Positions 1 to 9,992 of a stretch of 64,000 bases of DNA are shown in pieces. Origin of the DNA: Nitrospirales bacterium. GTDB taxonomy: Bacteria; Nitrospirota; Nitrospiria; Nitrospirales; UBA8639. Positions within the stretch are counted from its first letter, which is position 1, and each line of letters opens with the position of its first letter. Location of the stretch: NCBI GenBank assembly GCA_965223295.1, contig CBDCWC010000003.1:1312001-1376000 (forward strand), read 5' to 3'. Position numbers and translations under genes: made by a program. Under the pieces are notes generated by a model. That model saw only the letters and a program-made list of their open reading frames with translations, was not told the DNA's origin and did not search any database.

Positions 1-2435
1 TGCAACTTCTGGAGACCGCCTCATATCTAGCGGGCATTGCCATTCAGCAACGAGAAACCGAAAAGGCGCGCCTGGAGAGCGAAGACCGGTATCGTTCACT
101 GTATGAAGACAGTCCTTCGATGTATTTTACCCTGAACCCCGACGGCCAAATCTTGTCCGTCAATCAATTTGGTGCCTGCCAGCTCGGCTACACTGTTCAG
201 GAACTGATTGAGAAGCCGCTATCGATTCTCTTCTTAGAAGAAGATCAACCGAAAGTTGCAGAGGGCCTTGGTGAATGCTTTAGTGGACCTCCAGGCTTAA
301 GACACTGGGAGTTTCAGAAAGTTCGGAAAGATGGCAGTCGCATTTGGGTAAAGGAGTCATGCCGCAAAGTCAAAGGCCAAGACAATCAAGAAGTGTTCTT
401 AGTTGTCTGCCACAACGTGACTGACCAAAAGGAAGTGGAAGAGCGTAATCGCCAGCATGAGCTCGCGGTTCGAGAACTGTATGAAATCACATCTTCCTCT
501 GATCGTTCGTTTGAATATCGGGTTCGAGCTTTATTGGCATTAGGGTGCCAAAGATTTGGTCTTCCCATCGGACTCCTCACTCATCGGGTCGCCAATGAAT
601 TGGAGTTGCAGTTTGTCTGTTCATCCGATCCAGCTTTCAAGGAAGGGCAACGCGTGTTATTGGACAACACATTCTGTAGCGCAGCGCTGACTGCTGATGC
701 ACCCATCAGTTTCGAACATGCCGCGGTATCCGAATGGCGTGAACATCGAGGTTATACCGAGCTGAGGCTCGAAGCCTACCTGGGCACAAAAGTCATGAAG
801 GGCTCGGAGGCTTATGGAACTTTTTGTTTTACCAGCTATGAACCGCATGCCACGACATTTTCAGAAGCCGATCGAGATTTTCTACGCTTGATCGCCAGAT
901 GGGTCAGTACTGAACTCGAACGGCTCGAAACCGAACGGTTACAACGCCGGCTTGTGACGATCGTCGAAAGTACGACGGATATGATTGGCATCGCCACTCC
1001 TGAGGGAGAGACGTTGTACCTCAATTCGGCCGGGAAGTCGCTCATGGGCATTCCAGCCCATGAAGATCTAGCTGGCATGCCGATTGTTGATTTTCATTCA
1101 CCTGCCGCACAACACACGCTGCTCAAGGACGCCCTTCCCCAAATTAGAGCAACAGGGGTGTGGGAAGGAGACACGACATTGCTCACGCCTCAAGGCCAGG
1201 AAATTCCGGCCTCACAGGTGTTGTTGGCACAAAGAGACCAAGCTGGAGATATTGAATGTTTTACGACCATCATCCGAGATATTTCTGAGCGCAAGGCTGC
1301 GGAAGAGCAACTCCAGCAAAGTTATGAACAGACAAAAACATTATCGGATCAACTTCAAGAAAGCGAAAGCCGGCTTCGACAGATTATTGACCTGGTTCCG
1401 CATTTTATTTTTGCCAAAGACCAGGAAGGTCGATTCATTCTCGCTAACGAAGCCGTTGCCCAGGTCTATGGCACATCCGTACAAGCCTTGATTGGGAAAC
1501 GAGATGCCGATTTTGCCAAATCTCAGAAAGAAGTGGCCCATTTTCGTCAAGATGATCTGGACGTCATTGCCAGCGGGCGCACCAAAGTAATCCAAGAAGA
1601 GCAAATTACAGATGCCTCTGGAGCTGTGCAATGCCTTCAAACCACCAAGATTCCTTTCAAATTCGCGGGCAGTGTGCTTCCAGCTATTTTGGGCATCTCA
1701 ATTAATGTCACGGCTCAGAAAGAAGCCGACGCACAACTTCGAGAAGCCTATCATCAAACTCGTGAACTCTCGGCTCGCCTGAAGGCTGCTGAGGAATCGG
1801 AGCGGAAGAGGATCGCACGAGAACTGCATGACGAATTCGGACAGATGTTAGCTGTCTTAAAGTTTGATATTTCCTGGATGGAACGTCGGCTTGCGGAACA
1901 ACCCACATTGAACCCGTATTCTGCGATCCTCGACAAAGCGCGGTCCATGGCAACGTTGACTGATGATCTCATTCGGACTGTACGGCGGATCGCCACGTCG
2001 CTTCGGCCTAGCATTCTAGACGATTTAGGTCTCATTCCCGCTTTGGAATGGCAAGCCAAAGAATTTCAGAATCGAACTGGCATCAATTGTCAATTTTCCA
2101 CTGACCTCGACAGCCAGACTTGTCGATTGGAAAGTGAACGCGCCACAGCGTTATTCAGGATCGCACAGGAGCTGTTTACCAATATTCTCCGGCATGCTGA
2201 TGCATCTCAGGTCGATTTGGTGCTAGAGAAACAGGAGGAGTTTCTGACCTTGTACGTGAGCGACAATGGTCGAGGGTTAGGCGAAACTACGACCAGAGAC
2301 ACTCCGTCCCTCGGGCTTCTCGGTATTCGAGAGCGACTTGCATCGTTTGGAGGTGAATTTATTATTCAGGGGCAGGCAGGCCAAGGCACTCGGGCACACG
2401 TACGAATTCCAATTTCTGAAACACAATTAGTGTGA
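1..2435 (+). CDS. Multi-PAS/GAF sensor histidine kinase, HisKA_3 (NarX/UhpB-like); 5' truncated by the window edge
   Basis: Frame is open from base 3 (QLLETASYLAGIAIQQ...SEDRYRSLYEDSPSM), so the track start at 120 is internal. PAS-GAF-PAS-PAS, H-box ERKRIARELHDEFGQ, HATPase DNGRG...GLLGIRER. Confidence 0.92.
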   Translation, partial: QLLETASYLAGIAIQQRETEKARLESEDRYRSLYEDSPSMYFTLNPDGQILSVNQFGACQLGYTVQELIEKPLSILFLEEDQPKVAEGLGECFSGPPGLRHWEFQKVRKDGSRIWVKESCRKVKGQDNQEVFLVVCHNVTDQKEVEERNRQHELAVRELYEITSSSDRSFEYRVRALLALGCQRFGLPIGLLTHRVANELELQFVCSSDPAFKEGQRVLLDNTFCSAALTADAPISFEHAAVSEWREHRGYTELRLEAYLGTKVMKGSEAYGTFCFTSYEPHATTFSEADRDFLRLIARWVSTELERLETERLQRRLVTIVESTTDMIGIATPEGETLYLNSAGKSLMGIPAHEDLAGMPIVDFHSPAAQHTLLKDALPQIRATGVWEGDTTLLTPQGQEIPASQVLLAQRDQAGDIECFTTIIRDISERKAAEEQLQQSYEQTKTLSDQLQESESRLRQIIDLVPHFIFAKDQEGRFILANEAVAQVYGTSVQALIGKRDADFAKSQKEVAHFRQDDLDVIASGRTKVIQEEQITDASGAVQCLQTTKIPFKFAGSVLPAILGISINVTAQKEADAQLREAYHQTRELSARLKAAEESERKRIARELHDEFGQMLAVLKFDISWMERRLAEQPTLNPYSAILDKARSMATLTDDLIRTVRRIATSLRPSILDDLGLIPALEWQAKEFQNRTGINCQFSTDLDSQTCRLESERATALFRIAQELFTNILRHADASQVDLVLEKQEEFLTLYVSDNGRGLGETTTRDTPSLGLLGIRERLASFGGEFIIQGQAGQGTRAHVRIPISETQLV

Positions 2436-2457
2436 CAATGATGTCAGAAGGGCAGGG

Positions 2458-3087
2458 ATGCTTCGGATTTTAGTTGCAGATGATCATGCTATTGTCCGTC
2501 AAGGCCTAAAACAGGTATTGGTCGAGGAGTTTCCAGAAGCTCACATCGAAGAGAGCTCCACTGGGCAGGAGACGATCCAAACTGTCCAGCAACAACCATG
2601 GGATGTGCTTATTCTGGACATTCACTTCCCTGATAAAAACGGCTTGGATGTCCTCAAAGAGGTCAAAGGCCTGTGTCCAGACTTATCCGTCGTAGTCTTG
2701 AGCCTTTATCCCGAGGAACAGTATGGTATCCGAGTACTCAAGGCAGGTGGTTCAGCATATTTAACGAAGGAAACCGCTCCAAGCGAACTTGTCGCAGCGG
2801 TGAAAAAAGTCATGAACGGTGGACGATACGTGAGTGCCCAGCTAGCTGAGCAATTGGCCGCGAGTGTGGCTCCCCATGCTTCCGGACCTTCACATCAGAC
2901 ATTGTCTGACCGAGAATTAGAAGTCCTCCGATACTTTGCCATTGGGAAAACCGTCACGGAAATCGCTGACCTCCTCTCCTTGAGTGTCAAAACGATTAGT
3001 ACCTATCGAGCGCGCCTATTAGAAAAGCTCCATCTCAAGACTACGGCAGACCTCATTCGCTATGCCGTCGATCACAAACTCGTCTAA
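2458..3087 (+). CDS. NarL/LuxR-family DNA-binding response regulator
   Basis: Receiver (VADDH, ILDIHFP) plus LuxR HTH LSDRELEVL...LSVKTISTYRARLLEKL; directly after the HisKA_3 kinase. Confidence 0.95.
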   Translation: MLRILVADDHAIVRQGLKQVLVEEFPEAHIEESSTGQETIQTVQQQPWDVLILDIHFPDKNGLDVLKEVKGLCPDLSVVVLSLYPEEQYGIRVLKAGGSAYLTKETAPSELVAAVKKVMNGGRYVSAQLAEQLAASVAPHASGPSHQTLSDRELEVLRYFAIGKTVTEIADLLSLSVKTISTYRARLLEKLHLKTTADLIRYAVDHKLV

Positions 3088-3163
3088 TACCTTGTCGGTT
3101 TCTTAATCAGTTCAACGCTCCCTGCCTATTACTGTCTTGTTTGTTAGAGGCTGGTCATGAAGA

Positions 3164-3216
3164 TGTCTGACAGTACCCCCTTTTTGTCTGACACAAATTC
3201 CAGACAACAACTGACA
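3164..3216. promoter_or_regulatory. Repeated TGTCTGACA boxes, candidate transcription factor operator
   Basis: TGTCTGACA at 3164-3172 and 3185-3193 (21 bp apart); partial CAGACA/CTGACA at 3201-3216. Confidence 0.4.
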
Positions 3217-3321
3217 TTCATCTGTTCCAGCCAACTGGTAAGATTCAACATCTGTTCGTCAACCTATTCTCCTTTTTTTAACGCGTTTTCATAATGTTCC
3301 ATTATTTATATAAAGGTTCCC

Positions 3322-3693
3322 ATGAAGGTTATTATTGCTGAACACTCAGATATAATTCGCAACCGCTTAGGAGACCTCATTCATGAAATTCCTCATGTTG
3401 ACGTCGTCGGAGAGGCAACACAGACATCAGAGACGATTACGTCTGTCGACCGGCACCACCCTGATCTTGTATTCCTCAATATTCATCTTCCTGGCGGTTC
3501 CCCATTGGAAACCCTGCGTGTGATAAAAAGTGCCACGCCTGCACCAACTGTGATTGTCCTGACAGACAACCTGTCATCAGAGTACCAGCATTCATGTCGG
3601 TCAGCCGGAGCCGATTATGTTTTCGACCAGGCAATCGATATCGCGAAAATCCAAAATCTCTTGAAGACACTCTCGCAATCCGAGCTGTCCTGA
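3322..3693 (+). CDS. Single-domain receiver, probably a pseudo-receiver
   Basis: REC pattern, but acidic pair is EH, phospho-Asp position is N (LVFLNIHLP) and conserved Lys position is Q (VFDQA). Confidence 0.8.
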   Translation: MKVIIAEHSDIIRNRLGDLIHEIPHVDVVGEATQTSETITSVDRHHPDLVFLNIHLPGGSPLETLRVIKSATPAPTVIVLTDNLSSEYQHSCRSAGADYVFDQAIDIAKIQNLLKTLSQSELS

Positions 3694-3860
3694 AATCTTA
3701 CTCTTACGGATACTGCTCTGCCAGATTGAAACACCTCTTCTATCAGATATTCACTGACAAGGAACAAGAACGCATTCTCACGAGAAAATCAGCTTTCTGC
3801 CGATTTTGCTCGATTTCCTAATTGGCGATACTCGTCGATATGGAAGCGCTATTCTCTTTT

Positions 3861-4001
3861 AGGGCACCTCTAAAAACTGTCCTTTTTCCCGATGGCGGCG
3901 TCAGCGGCGTGCTCAAATCCTCATGTATTTCCCTATACACTGAGGTTTTCCGCGCGCTGCTTCCTTGCCCTCGGAAAAACATCAGTTTTTAGAGGTGCCC
4001 T
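3861..4001. mobile_element. MITE family B (141 bp, 19-bp perfect terminal inverted repeats)
   Basis: AGGGCACCTCTAAAAACTG at 3861 and CAGTTTTTAGAGGTGCCCT ending at 4001; same right end recurs at about 9965-9992. Confidence 0.8.
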
Positions 4002-4026
4002 TTTACTTCAGGAAAGAGGTACAGAC

Positions 4027-4905
4027 ATGGCTTTCTCGACGACTGAACCCCACACAGTTGGTCATTCCTCGCTTACTGTGTTGCCAAGGCGTCCTACCCT
4101 ACAGTTGGTCCAAGAAAATAGTCTACACAGCATGGAGGGCACACAAGCATACTTGCCAACTGCTCCAACAAATCGAACCGACCTGCCCCCTTGTTCGGAC
4201 CAATGTGAAAATTCGGCGCCTCGGATTGCTCATGATCTCCTGAATATCCTCCCGGCTATTCAGGGGCATGCAGAACTTGCCGCATTGCATAGTGCACAAC
4301 CTGATCTTTTTCAGCATAACCTTCGTAGTGTCCTTTCTGCGAGTCAGCGAGCGCACGAGTTGCTTCAGCACATGTTGCGACAGATGCCTCATCAAGACAC
4401 CAGCCTACAAGAGCTAGATCTGTGCATCGTCATCGAGGAAGCGCTTGATGTCTTGAAGGCTACACTGCCCTCATCGATCGTTCTAGAGACAATCGATCAT
4501 CTTCATGTTGGGAGAATGATGGGTGATACAACACAATTATTCCGGATGCTAAGCAATTTACTTTCTAATGCGGTTCAGGCCATGCGCAAGCTACAACAAG
4601 GCCATCTCTGGATCATATTGGATAGAGTTTTAGGGCCTCCTGATCCTACACGTATTCCAACACGACCCATTTCAAACTATTTGCGATTGATCGTTCAAGA
4701 TACAGGTAAGGGCATGCCGGCCGATCTTTGTCGTCGAATTTTCGATCCATATTTTTCCACTCAAGACGATGGAAAAGGCATGGGATTAGGGCTTGCAATC
4801 GTGAAAGAGGTTGTGACAGCTCACAACGGGATCGTGACGGTCGAAAGCGATCCGTTATCTGGCAGTAAATTCACTGTGTATTTTCTCGAACATCAGGGGG
4901 CATAG
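4027..4905 (+). CDS. Histidine kinase core (HisKA + HATPase_c) with no recognisable sensor domain
   Basis: H-box RIAHDLLNIL, N-box NLLSNAVQAM, DTGKGM, FDPYFST, GMGLGL. ATG 4027 follows AGAGGT; the track start at 3892 lies inside the MITE. Confidence 0.85.
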   Translation: MAFSTTEPHTVGHSSLTVLPRRPTLQLVQENSLHSMEGTQAYLPTAPTNRTDLPPCSDQCENSAPRIAHDLLNILPAIQGHAELAALHSAQPDLFQHNLRSVLSASQRAHELLQHMLRQMPHQDTSLQELDLCIVIEEALDVLKATLPSSIVLETIDHLHVGRMMGDTTQLFRMLSNLLSNAVQAMRKLQQGHLWIILDRVLGPPDPTRIPTRPISNYLRLIVQDTGKGMPADLCRRIFDPYFSTQDDGKGMGLGLAIVKEVVTAHNGIVTVESDPLSGSKFTVYFLEHQGA

Positions 4906-4958
4906 GCTCCCGGAACGTCTGTTGCTGTCTTGTTCTTGTTTGAAGGGGATCTCAACCC

Positions 4959-5351
4959 ATGGCAACCATCCTCATCATCGATGACGATAAACACATCAGG
5001 TTTTTGCTACGTACCTTATTAGAAAAGCTAGGGCATACGATTATTGAAGCCACCAATGGGAAAGAAGCCCTTGCAGCACTTCAGATTGTCAAGCCTTCTA
5101 TGCTGATAGTCGATATTTTTATGCCAGAAATGGATGGGATTGAACTGATTCGAAGCGCTCGACGGCAAGAAATGGCTCTTAAAATCATCGCGATTTCAGG
5201 AAGCTTTTCGATGAAAGATGTTGAAGTCCTTGAAGTCGCGCGCCGGCTCGGCGCCACATATACCCTTCAAAAGCCCTTTGAAGTTCACACATTAATCGAT
5301 ATGGTTCATAAGCTACTTCCATCAGAACCAGTCTCGACACACCCTACCTGA
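4959..5351 (+). CDS. Single-domain response regulator (CheY-like)
   Basis: MATILIIDDD...VDIFMPEMDG...LQKPF. Confidence 0.92.
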   Translation: MATILIIDDDKHIRFLLRTLLEKLGHTIIEATNGKEALAALQIVKPSMLIVDIFMPEMDGIELIRSARRQEMALKIIAISGSFSMKDVEVLEVARRLGATYTLQKPFEVHTLIDMVHKLLPSEPVSTHPT

Positions 5352-5474
5352 TTCCCCACATGGGCTTTGGAAACGAGTCTACTCGACTCTGTATTCAAGG
5401 CAATTGATTCTGTTAAGGACTGAGCCCTGGATGGAAGTCGATTTCTTCACCTGTCTGGCGGGAAAGACCTGGGC

Positions 5475-6074
5475 CTACAAAAATTCGGGTGTGTGTCCCC
5501 ATGTCCCAGAAAACACAAACTCTTGTAAAACCTTTCGGGAACGCGGAGCCTGTTCATGCGCACGAAGTTCGTCAGGAAGCGTCTGCAGGTCTCCTTGGTA
5601 TCCAATGGCCAGAGCTGTGACCGGATCATATCCAGAGGGTATAGAATACTCCTCGCGAATCACGTCAGGAAGAATTCCTGCCATCTGATGCACAAAGAGG
5701 CCCAAAGCTGTGGCCTGGACAACCAAATTGCCGATAGCCAATCCTACGTCGTGGTAGGCATGGCGGTTTGGTTGACCATTGCGATCGAAATGCATTTTGG
5801 CGAACGTGAGCAGTAAGAGTGGAGCCCGCTTCGCCCACACTTGGTTTCCCTCAACTAAGCAATTGAGCAGCTTGTCATGTTCCGTGGGTTGGTTTACCGT
5901 GGCCACCATGAATCTCCAGGGCTGTTCGTTGAAACAGGAAGATGCCCATCGAGCTGCTTCTAAAAGACTTTGAATCTTTTCAGGCTCTACCGGCTGTTCG
6001 GTAAAGGCGCGAGGACTCCATCTTTGACTTAAAAGGTCATGTATAGGGAATGAAGTGTCTGCTAGCTTTTCCAT
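5475..6074 (-). CDS. Nitroreductase family protein
   Basis: RWSPRAF...EAARWASSCFNEQPWRF...IGYQG; likely start MEKLADT at 6074, 4 bp after the upstream stop. Confidence 0.92.
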   Translation of the reverse strand: MEKLADTSFPIHDLLSQRWSPRAFTEQPVEPEKIQSLLEAARWASSCFNEQPWRFMVATVNQPTEHDKLLNCLVEGNQVWAKRAPLLLLTFAKMHFDRNGQPNRHAYHDVGLAIGNLVVQATALGLFVHQMAGILPDVIREEYSIPSGYDPVTALAIGYQGDLQTLPDELRAHEQAPRSRKVLQEFVFSGTWGHTPEFL

Positions 6075-6078
6075 AGAC

Positions 6079-6453
6079 TTATTCTGAATGAGCAAGGGCC
6101 GTATGGACTACTTCACGAACGGTGTCCAACAGAAATGGTTTGATCAGCGTATATTGAGCCCCCAAGCGGCGAGCCATATCCAGTAAGTTGATTTTGGCTC
6201 GTTCACTCCCTGCCGACATAGCAATGATCAAGACATTAGGGAATTCTCGCCGAAGATCCAGAATCGTTTCCAGTCCCTCTTTTTCAGGCATGAGAATATC
6301 AACAAACACTAAGTCTGGTCGGTGCTGGCGATACTGGATAATGCCTTCCACTCCATTAAACGCACTGTAGGCCTCATGCCCTTCTTGCAACAAGACCTGC
6401 TGTAACACATCGCAGACCTGGGGGTCATCATCAATGATAAGAATGGTCGCCAT
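6079..6453 (-). CDS. Single-domain response regulator (CheY-like)
   Basis: MATILIIDDD...VDILMPEKEG...LIKPF; RBS GAAGGAGG upstream of ATG 6453. Confidence 0.92.
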   Translation of the reverse strand: MATILIIDDDPQVCDVLQQVLLQEGHEAYSAFNGVEGIIQYRQHRPDLVFVDILMPEKEGLETILDLRREFPNVLIIAMSAGSERAKINLLDMARRLGAQYTLIKPFLLDTVREVVHTALAHSE

Positions 6454-6672
6454 CGTGTCAATCCTCCTTCGCCCCATCCCGTCCAATCCTTTGCCCATTG
6501 GTGCGGCAGGTCCATTAGACGAAATCGGCGAGCAACTCTGGCATCTCCATGAATAATCGTTCGCGGAATATAAAAGATCATAAGAAGCGGATTATCCTCC
6601 AGGGATTATTTCGTTCTTTTAATTGTACAAGAGTTACTTCTCATTCTTCATGCTTATTGAGCCATTGTCCGA

Positions 6673-8652
6673 TCACTCTGCTAAAGGTGACAGCGTCTTA
6701 TCAAGGACATGCCGGACAATGGGAGCCAGATCTCGAATCGCCAATGGTTTCATGAGATAGGCTTGGATTCCCAAGTCTTTGGCCTTTTCCGCAGTCATGA
6801 TATGACTAAATCCTGTACAGAGAATGATGGGAAGTTCTGGGCGAATTCGTAACAGTTCTCGAGACAACGCTTCTCCTGTCAACCCAGGCATTGTCTGATC
6901 GGTGATCACTAAATCAAAGCGTTCGGGATTTTTCCGGAACACATTTAAGGCTTCATGAGAATTCGTGTGGATCTCGACAGTGTAGCCCAACTGTGACAAT
7001 AGTTCTTTCCCAAGATACACAATGGTTTCTTCATCATCGACGAATAAGATCGTTTCCTTGCCCAGAGGCATAGGACCCTGGTCTTCTGACGCATCCCATG
7101 CGGGAGAAGGAATAGTGGGAAGATAGACGTCAATTTTCGTGCCTTTGCCGACAACGCTGTCGACTAATAAGGCTCCCCCGTGATTTGTGACGATGCCATG
7201 AACCACAGCCAACCCCATTCCCGATCCTTCACCAATCGGCTTGGTTGTAAAGAATGGGTCAAACATTCGTTCAAGCACATCAGGCGGCATGCCGGTTCCC
7301 GAATCTTCAATGGTGAGTCGAACATGAGGACCTGCTTGGAGTCCAGATACCGCTCGTACTTTCTCTTCCGTCACGTCACAATCTTCCAACCTGATCTCCA
7401 AACGCCCTCCGGTTTCTCGCATGGCATATTCGGCATTTGTCCCAAGGTTCACTACAACCTGATGCAGTTGGGTGGAGTCAGCCAGCACGGATGCTTCCGT
7501 CGTGAGAGTTTGGTGAAACTCAATAGTGGAAGGAATACTCGCGCGTAACAACTTTAATGCTTCTTGAATTACCATATGAATGGGTGTAGGTGTTTTCCCC
7601 TGACCAGATTGGCGACTAAACGCTAAAATTTGCAGGACTAAATGTTTGGCCCGATGCCCGGCCGTTAACACTTCTTGTAGGTTGCGTTGTGTCCGACTGC
7701 CTTTTGGGACAGACGCCAACCCTAGCTCGGTATATCCCAGCACCGCTGTTAAAATATTATTGAAATCGTGGGCGATGCCACCTGCCAGCGTTCCAATGGC
7801 TTCCATTCGGCTTGACTGACGGAATTGGCGTTCGGTTTTGATCAACGTTTCCTCTGCTCGCTTTTGCTCAGTCATATCTTCGGCAATCCCAACCATACGA
7901 ATGACGTCGCCAGAGGAATTCATAATCGGAAATGTCCGGGCCCGAATCCATCGAACAGCATGATCGGGTCTCATGATCCGAAATTCAATATGAAACCCTG
8001 TGATTTCTCCTTCTGCCACGCATTTCAGCACATGTTCCTGATCCTGAGGATGCACAGCATCCCAGAGGTGAAAAGAATGATCCAACAAATGGGCGACGCT
8101 TCTTCCCCACACCGCTTCATAACGGGGACTCATAAACAACACTTGGGAGTGGTCAGGTAAGGCAACCCAAAACACCTCTTGAATATGCTCAACCAATTGG
8201 CGAAAGTATGCCTGTTGTTCTTCCAGAGCCGTTGTTCGCGTCGTCAAGGTAGCTTGCATGGCGTCCATCTGTTGCCGGACAGAGGCAAGGAATTCTCGTT
8301 GCACGTAGTTCAAGACCGTGGCAGCGTCAGTCTTCTCCAAACAGGTGATTGCAGCTTTCTGAAGGTTTGGTTTCTCAGCTAATAAAGACTGAACTCGGGT
8401 ATTGATCACCACCCGGACTTTGTCGTTGCGATTGAGCAGGAGTTCTAACAATTCCACACCTGTCTCATGAGGAGACTCGACATTCAAGACTGCGACGGCA
8501 GATGGTTCACGCTGCGCCGCTTGCACCGCTTCAGCAATGGTGGACCATCCCACGACATCATGCCCCTGATCACCCAACGTCTCAATGAGAACGTCAAGTT
8601 GGCCTGGATGATCGTCCACAAGAAAAATTCGGGACCATGTTTGTTGCCTCAT
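6673..8652 (-). CDS. Hybrid histidine kinase (pseudo-REC, PAS, HisKA, HATPase, REC)
   Basis: GTLAGGIAHDFNNIL, FDPFFTTK, GSGMGL, C-terminal REC VITDQTMP; N-terminal REC has Asn at the Asp site (AVLNVESP). Confidence 0.93.
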   Translation of the reverse strand: MRQQTWSRIFLVDDHPGQLDVLIETLGDQGHDVVGWSTIAEAVQAAQREPSAVAVLNVESPHETGVELLELLLNRNDKVRVVINTRVQSLLAEKPNLQKAAITCLEKTDAATVLNYVQREFLASVRQQMDAMQATLTTRTTALEEQQAYFRQLVEHIQEVFWVALPDHSQVLFMSPRYEAVWGRSVAHLLDHSFHLWDAVHPQDQEHVLKCVAEGEITGFHIEFRIMRPDHAVRWIRARTFPIMNSSGDVIRMVGIAEDMTEQKRAEETLIKTERQFRQSSRMEAIGTLAGGIAHDFNNILTAVLGYTELGLASVPKGSRTQRNLQEVLTAGHRAKHLVLQILAFSRQSGQGKTPTPIHMVIQEALKLLRASIPSTIEFHQTLTTEASVLADSTQLHQVVVNLGTNAEYAMRETGGRLEIRLEDCDVTEEKVRAVSGLQAGPHVRLTIEDSGTGMPPDVLERMFDPFFTTKPIGEGSGMGLAVVHGIVTNHGGALLVDSVVGKGTKIDVYLPTIPSPAWDASEDQGPMPLGKETILFVDDEETIVYLGKELLSQLGYTVEIHTNSHEALNVFRKNPERFDLVITDQTMPGLTGEALSRELLRIRPELPIILCTGFSHIMTAEKAKDLGIQAYLMKPLAIRDLAPIVRHVLDKTLSPLAE

Positions 8653-8693
8653 CGTTAATCCTCCCGATTAACCATGGTTGTTAACCCTGCCTA

Positions 8694-9449
8694 CTATGAA
8701 TGATCGACACTTGTTGGTAATGCCGACATAATCTCGTCTTGAATCCGTTGCGCCGCTTCTCTGCGATTGCTTGCATCACGTATGGGTCGACCCACAACGA
8801 GATAGTCGGCGCCAGCTTGAATGGCTTCAAAAGGGGTCAAAGACCGTTGGTGCTCATGAGTATCCTGCCCAATAGGGCGTACACCCGGCGAAACAATAAT
8901 CACCTTTTTGCCGAATCGATCCCGGAACGCTTTCACATATTTTCCCGAAGCAATGAGTCCATCACAACCTTGAGCCATGGCCATTTCAGCACGCCACATC
9001 ACATAGTCATCAAGCGTGGCAAAACGGGCTCCATCACCGTTCTTAATACGCAATAACCCAAGTTCTTGCAGGTCTTGTTCTCCCCAGCTTGATAGAAGGG
9101 GAACGGTCAATATTTTCAGCGGAGCATCTTCTCGTCCCAGAACCGCAGCTTTGGCGGTGGCATGGTTGCCGAGAATTGTCAAAAAATCGGCTCCTAAGTC
9201 TGCGGCTAAATGAACGGCTCGACGAACGGTTTCATCAATATCATTCATCTTGAGATCTAAAAATATCCGGCATTGCCGCATCCGGATCTCTTCCAGAAAT
9301 GTTTGGTTGACTGCTAAAAATAATTCCAACCCAATCTTATAAAAGCGGACCACTCCTTCAAGATCATCAAGATAGGCCCGAGCTTCTTGGACTGAGGGAA
9401 CATCCAGGGCCACAATCAGCCGATGGTCTAAGGGTATGGAAGAATTCAT
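8694..9449 (-). CDS. pyrF: Orotidine-5'-phosphate decarboxylase
   Basis: LIVALD, YKIGLELF, FLDLKMND (D-x-K-x-x-D), SPGVRP, GADYLVVGRPI. Confidence 0.9.
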   Translation of the reverse strand: MNSSIPLDHRLIVALDVPSVQEARAYLDDLEGVVRFYKIGLELFLAVNQTFLEEIRMRQCRIFLDLKMNDIDETVRRAVHLAADLGADFLTILGNHATAKAAVLGREDAPLKILTVPLLSSWGEQDLQELGLLRIKNGDGARFATLDDYVMWRAEMAMAQGCDGLIASGKYVKAFRDRFGKKVIIVSPGVRPIGQDTHEHQRSLTPFEAIQAGADYLVVGRPIRDASNRREAAQRIQDEIMSALPTSVDHS

Positions 9450-9746
9450 CTTGTTACCGGTGACACGCCGATTGTCACCACCTGCGACATCTCATGTTGA
9501 AGAGGTAATTGACATGGCCACATCAATCTATTAGGGCTGAAAATGGGACCAGCCTGCCATAATCATCCTATTAAGACAAGGGTTACACTTCAGACAAATT
9601 GAATGGACACTTTTCAATTGAGGGAAATTTCGCCAAATTCAAGGAAAAATCAGTGCGTCGGGAGCAACAGTCATAGTCCAGAGGATAGTGCAAAAAGAGA
9701 CCCATGTGAATAATAGGGACCTATGAAACAGAAGCTATTCCCTATT

Positions 9747-9960
9747 GAGGGTGTTGAATCATGATGATATCAAGAGTCATATTTCGTTCAGAAGCTGAGA
9801 GCGATCAAAGGGTTCGGGGTGGTTCAAAAAAGTCTGTCCAGTCCTGCCCTGAGCTTGTCGAAGGGAAGGCCGCAGCCATTGTTGCGCGCGGAGCGTACTG
9901 GCATTACGTGAGCATGGAACAATGGCGAGAACGCCGCTGGCGGCTTTTTTCAACAGACCC
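9747..9960 (+). mobile_element. MITE family A copy 1 (with nested CCCTGAGCTTGTCGAAGGG palindrome)
   Basis: Ends GAGGGTGTTGAA...TTCAACAGACCC; close reverse complement of 19787-19999. Confidence 0.85.
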
Positions 9961-9961
9961 C

Positions 9962-9992
9962 TCAGAAAAATCATCAGTTTTTAGAGGTGCCC
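9962..9992 (+). repeat. Right end of MITE family B abutting a family A copy
   Basis: TCAGAAAAATCATCAGTTTTTAGAGGTGCCC matches 3971-4000; a degenerate left end AGGGACCTATGAAACAG lies at about 9716. Confidence 0.7.
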
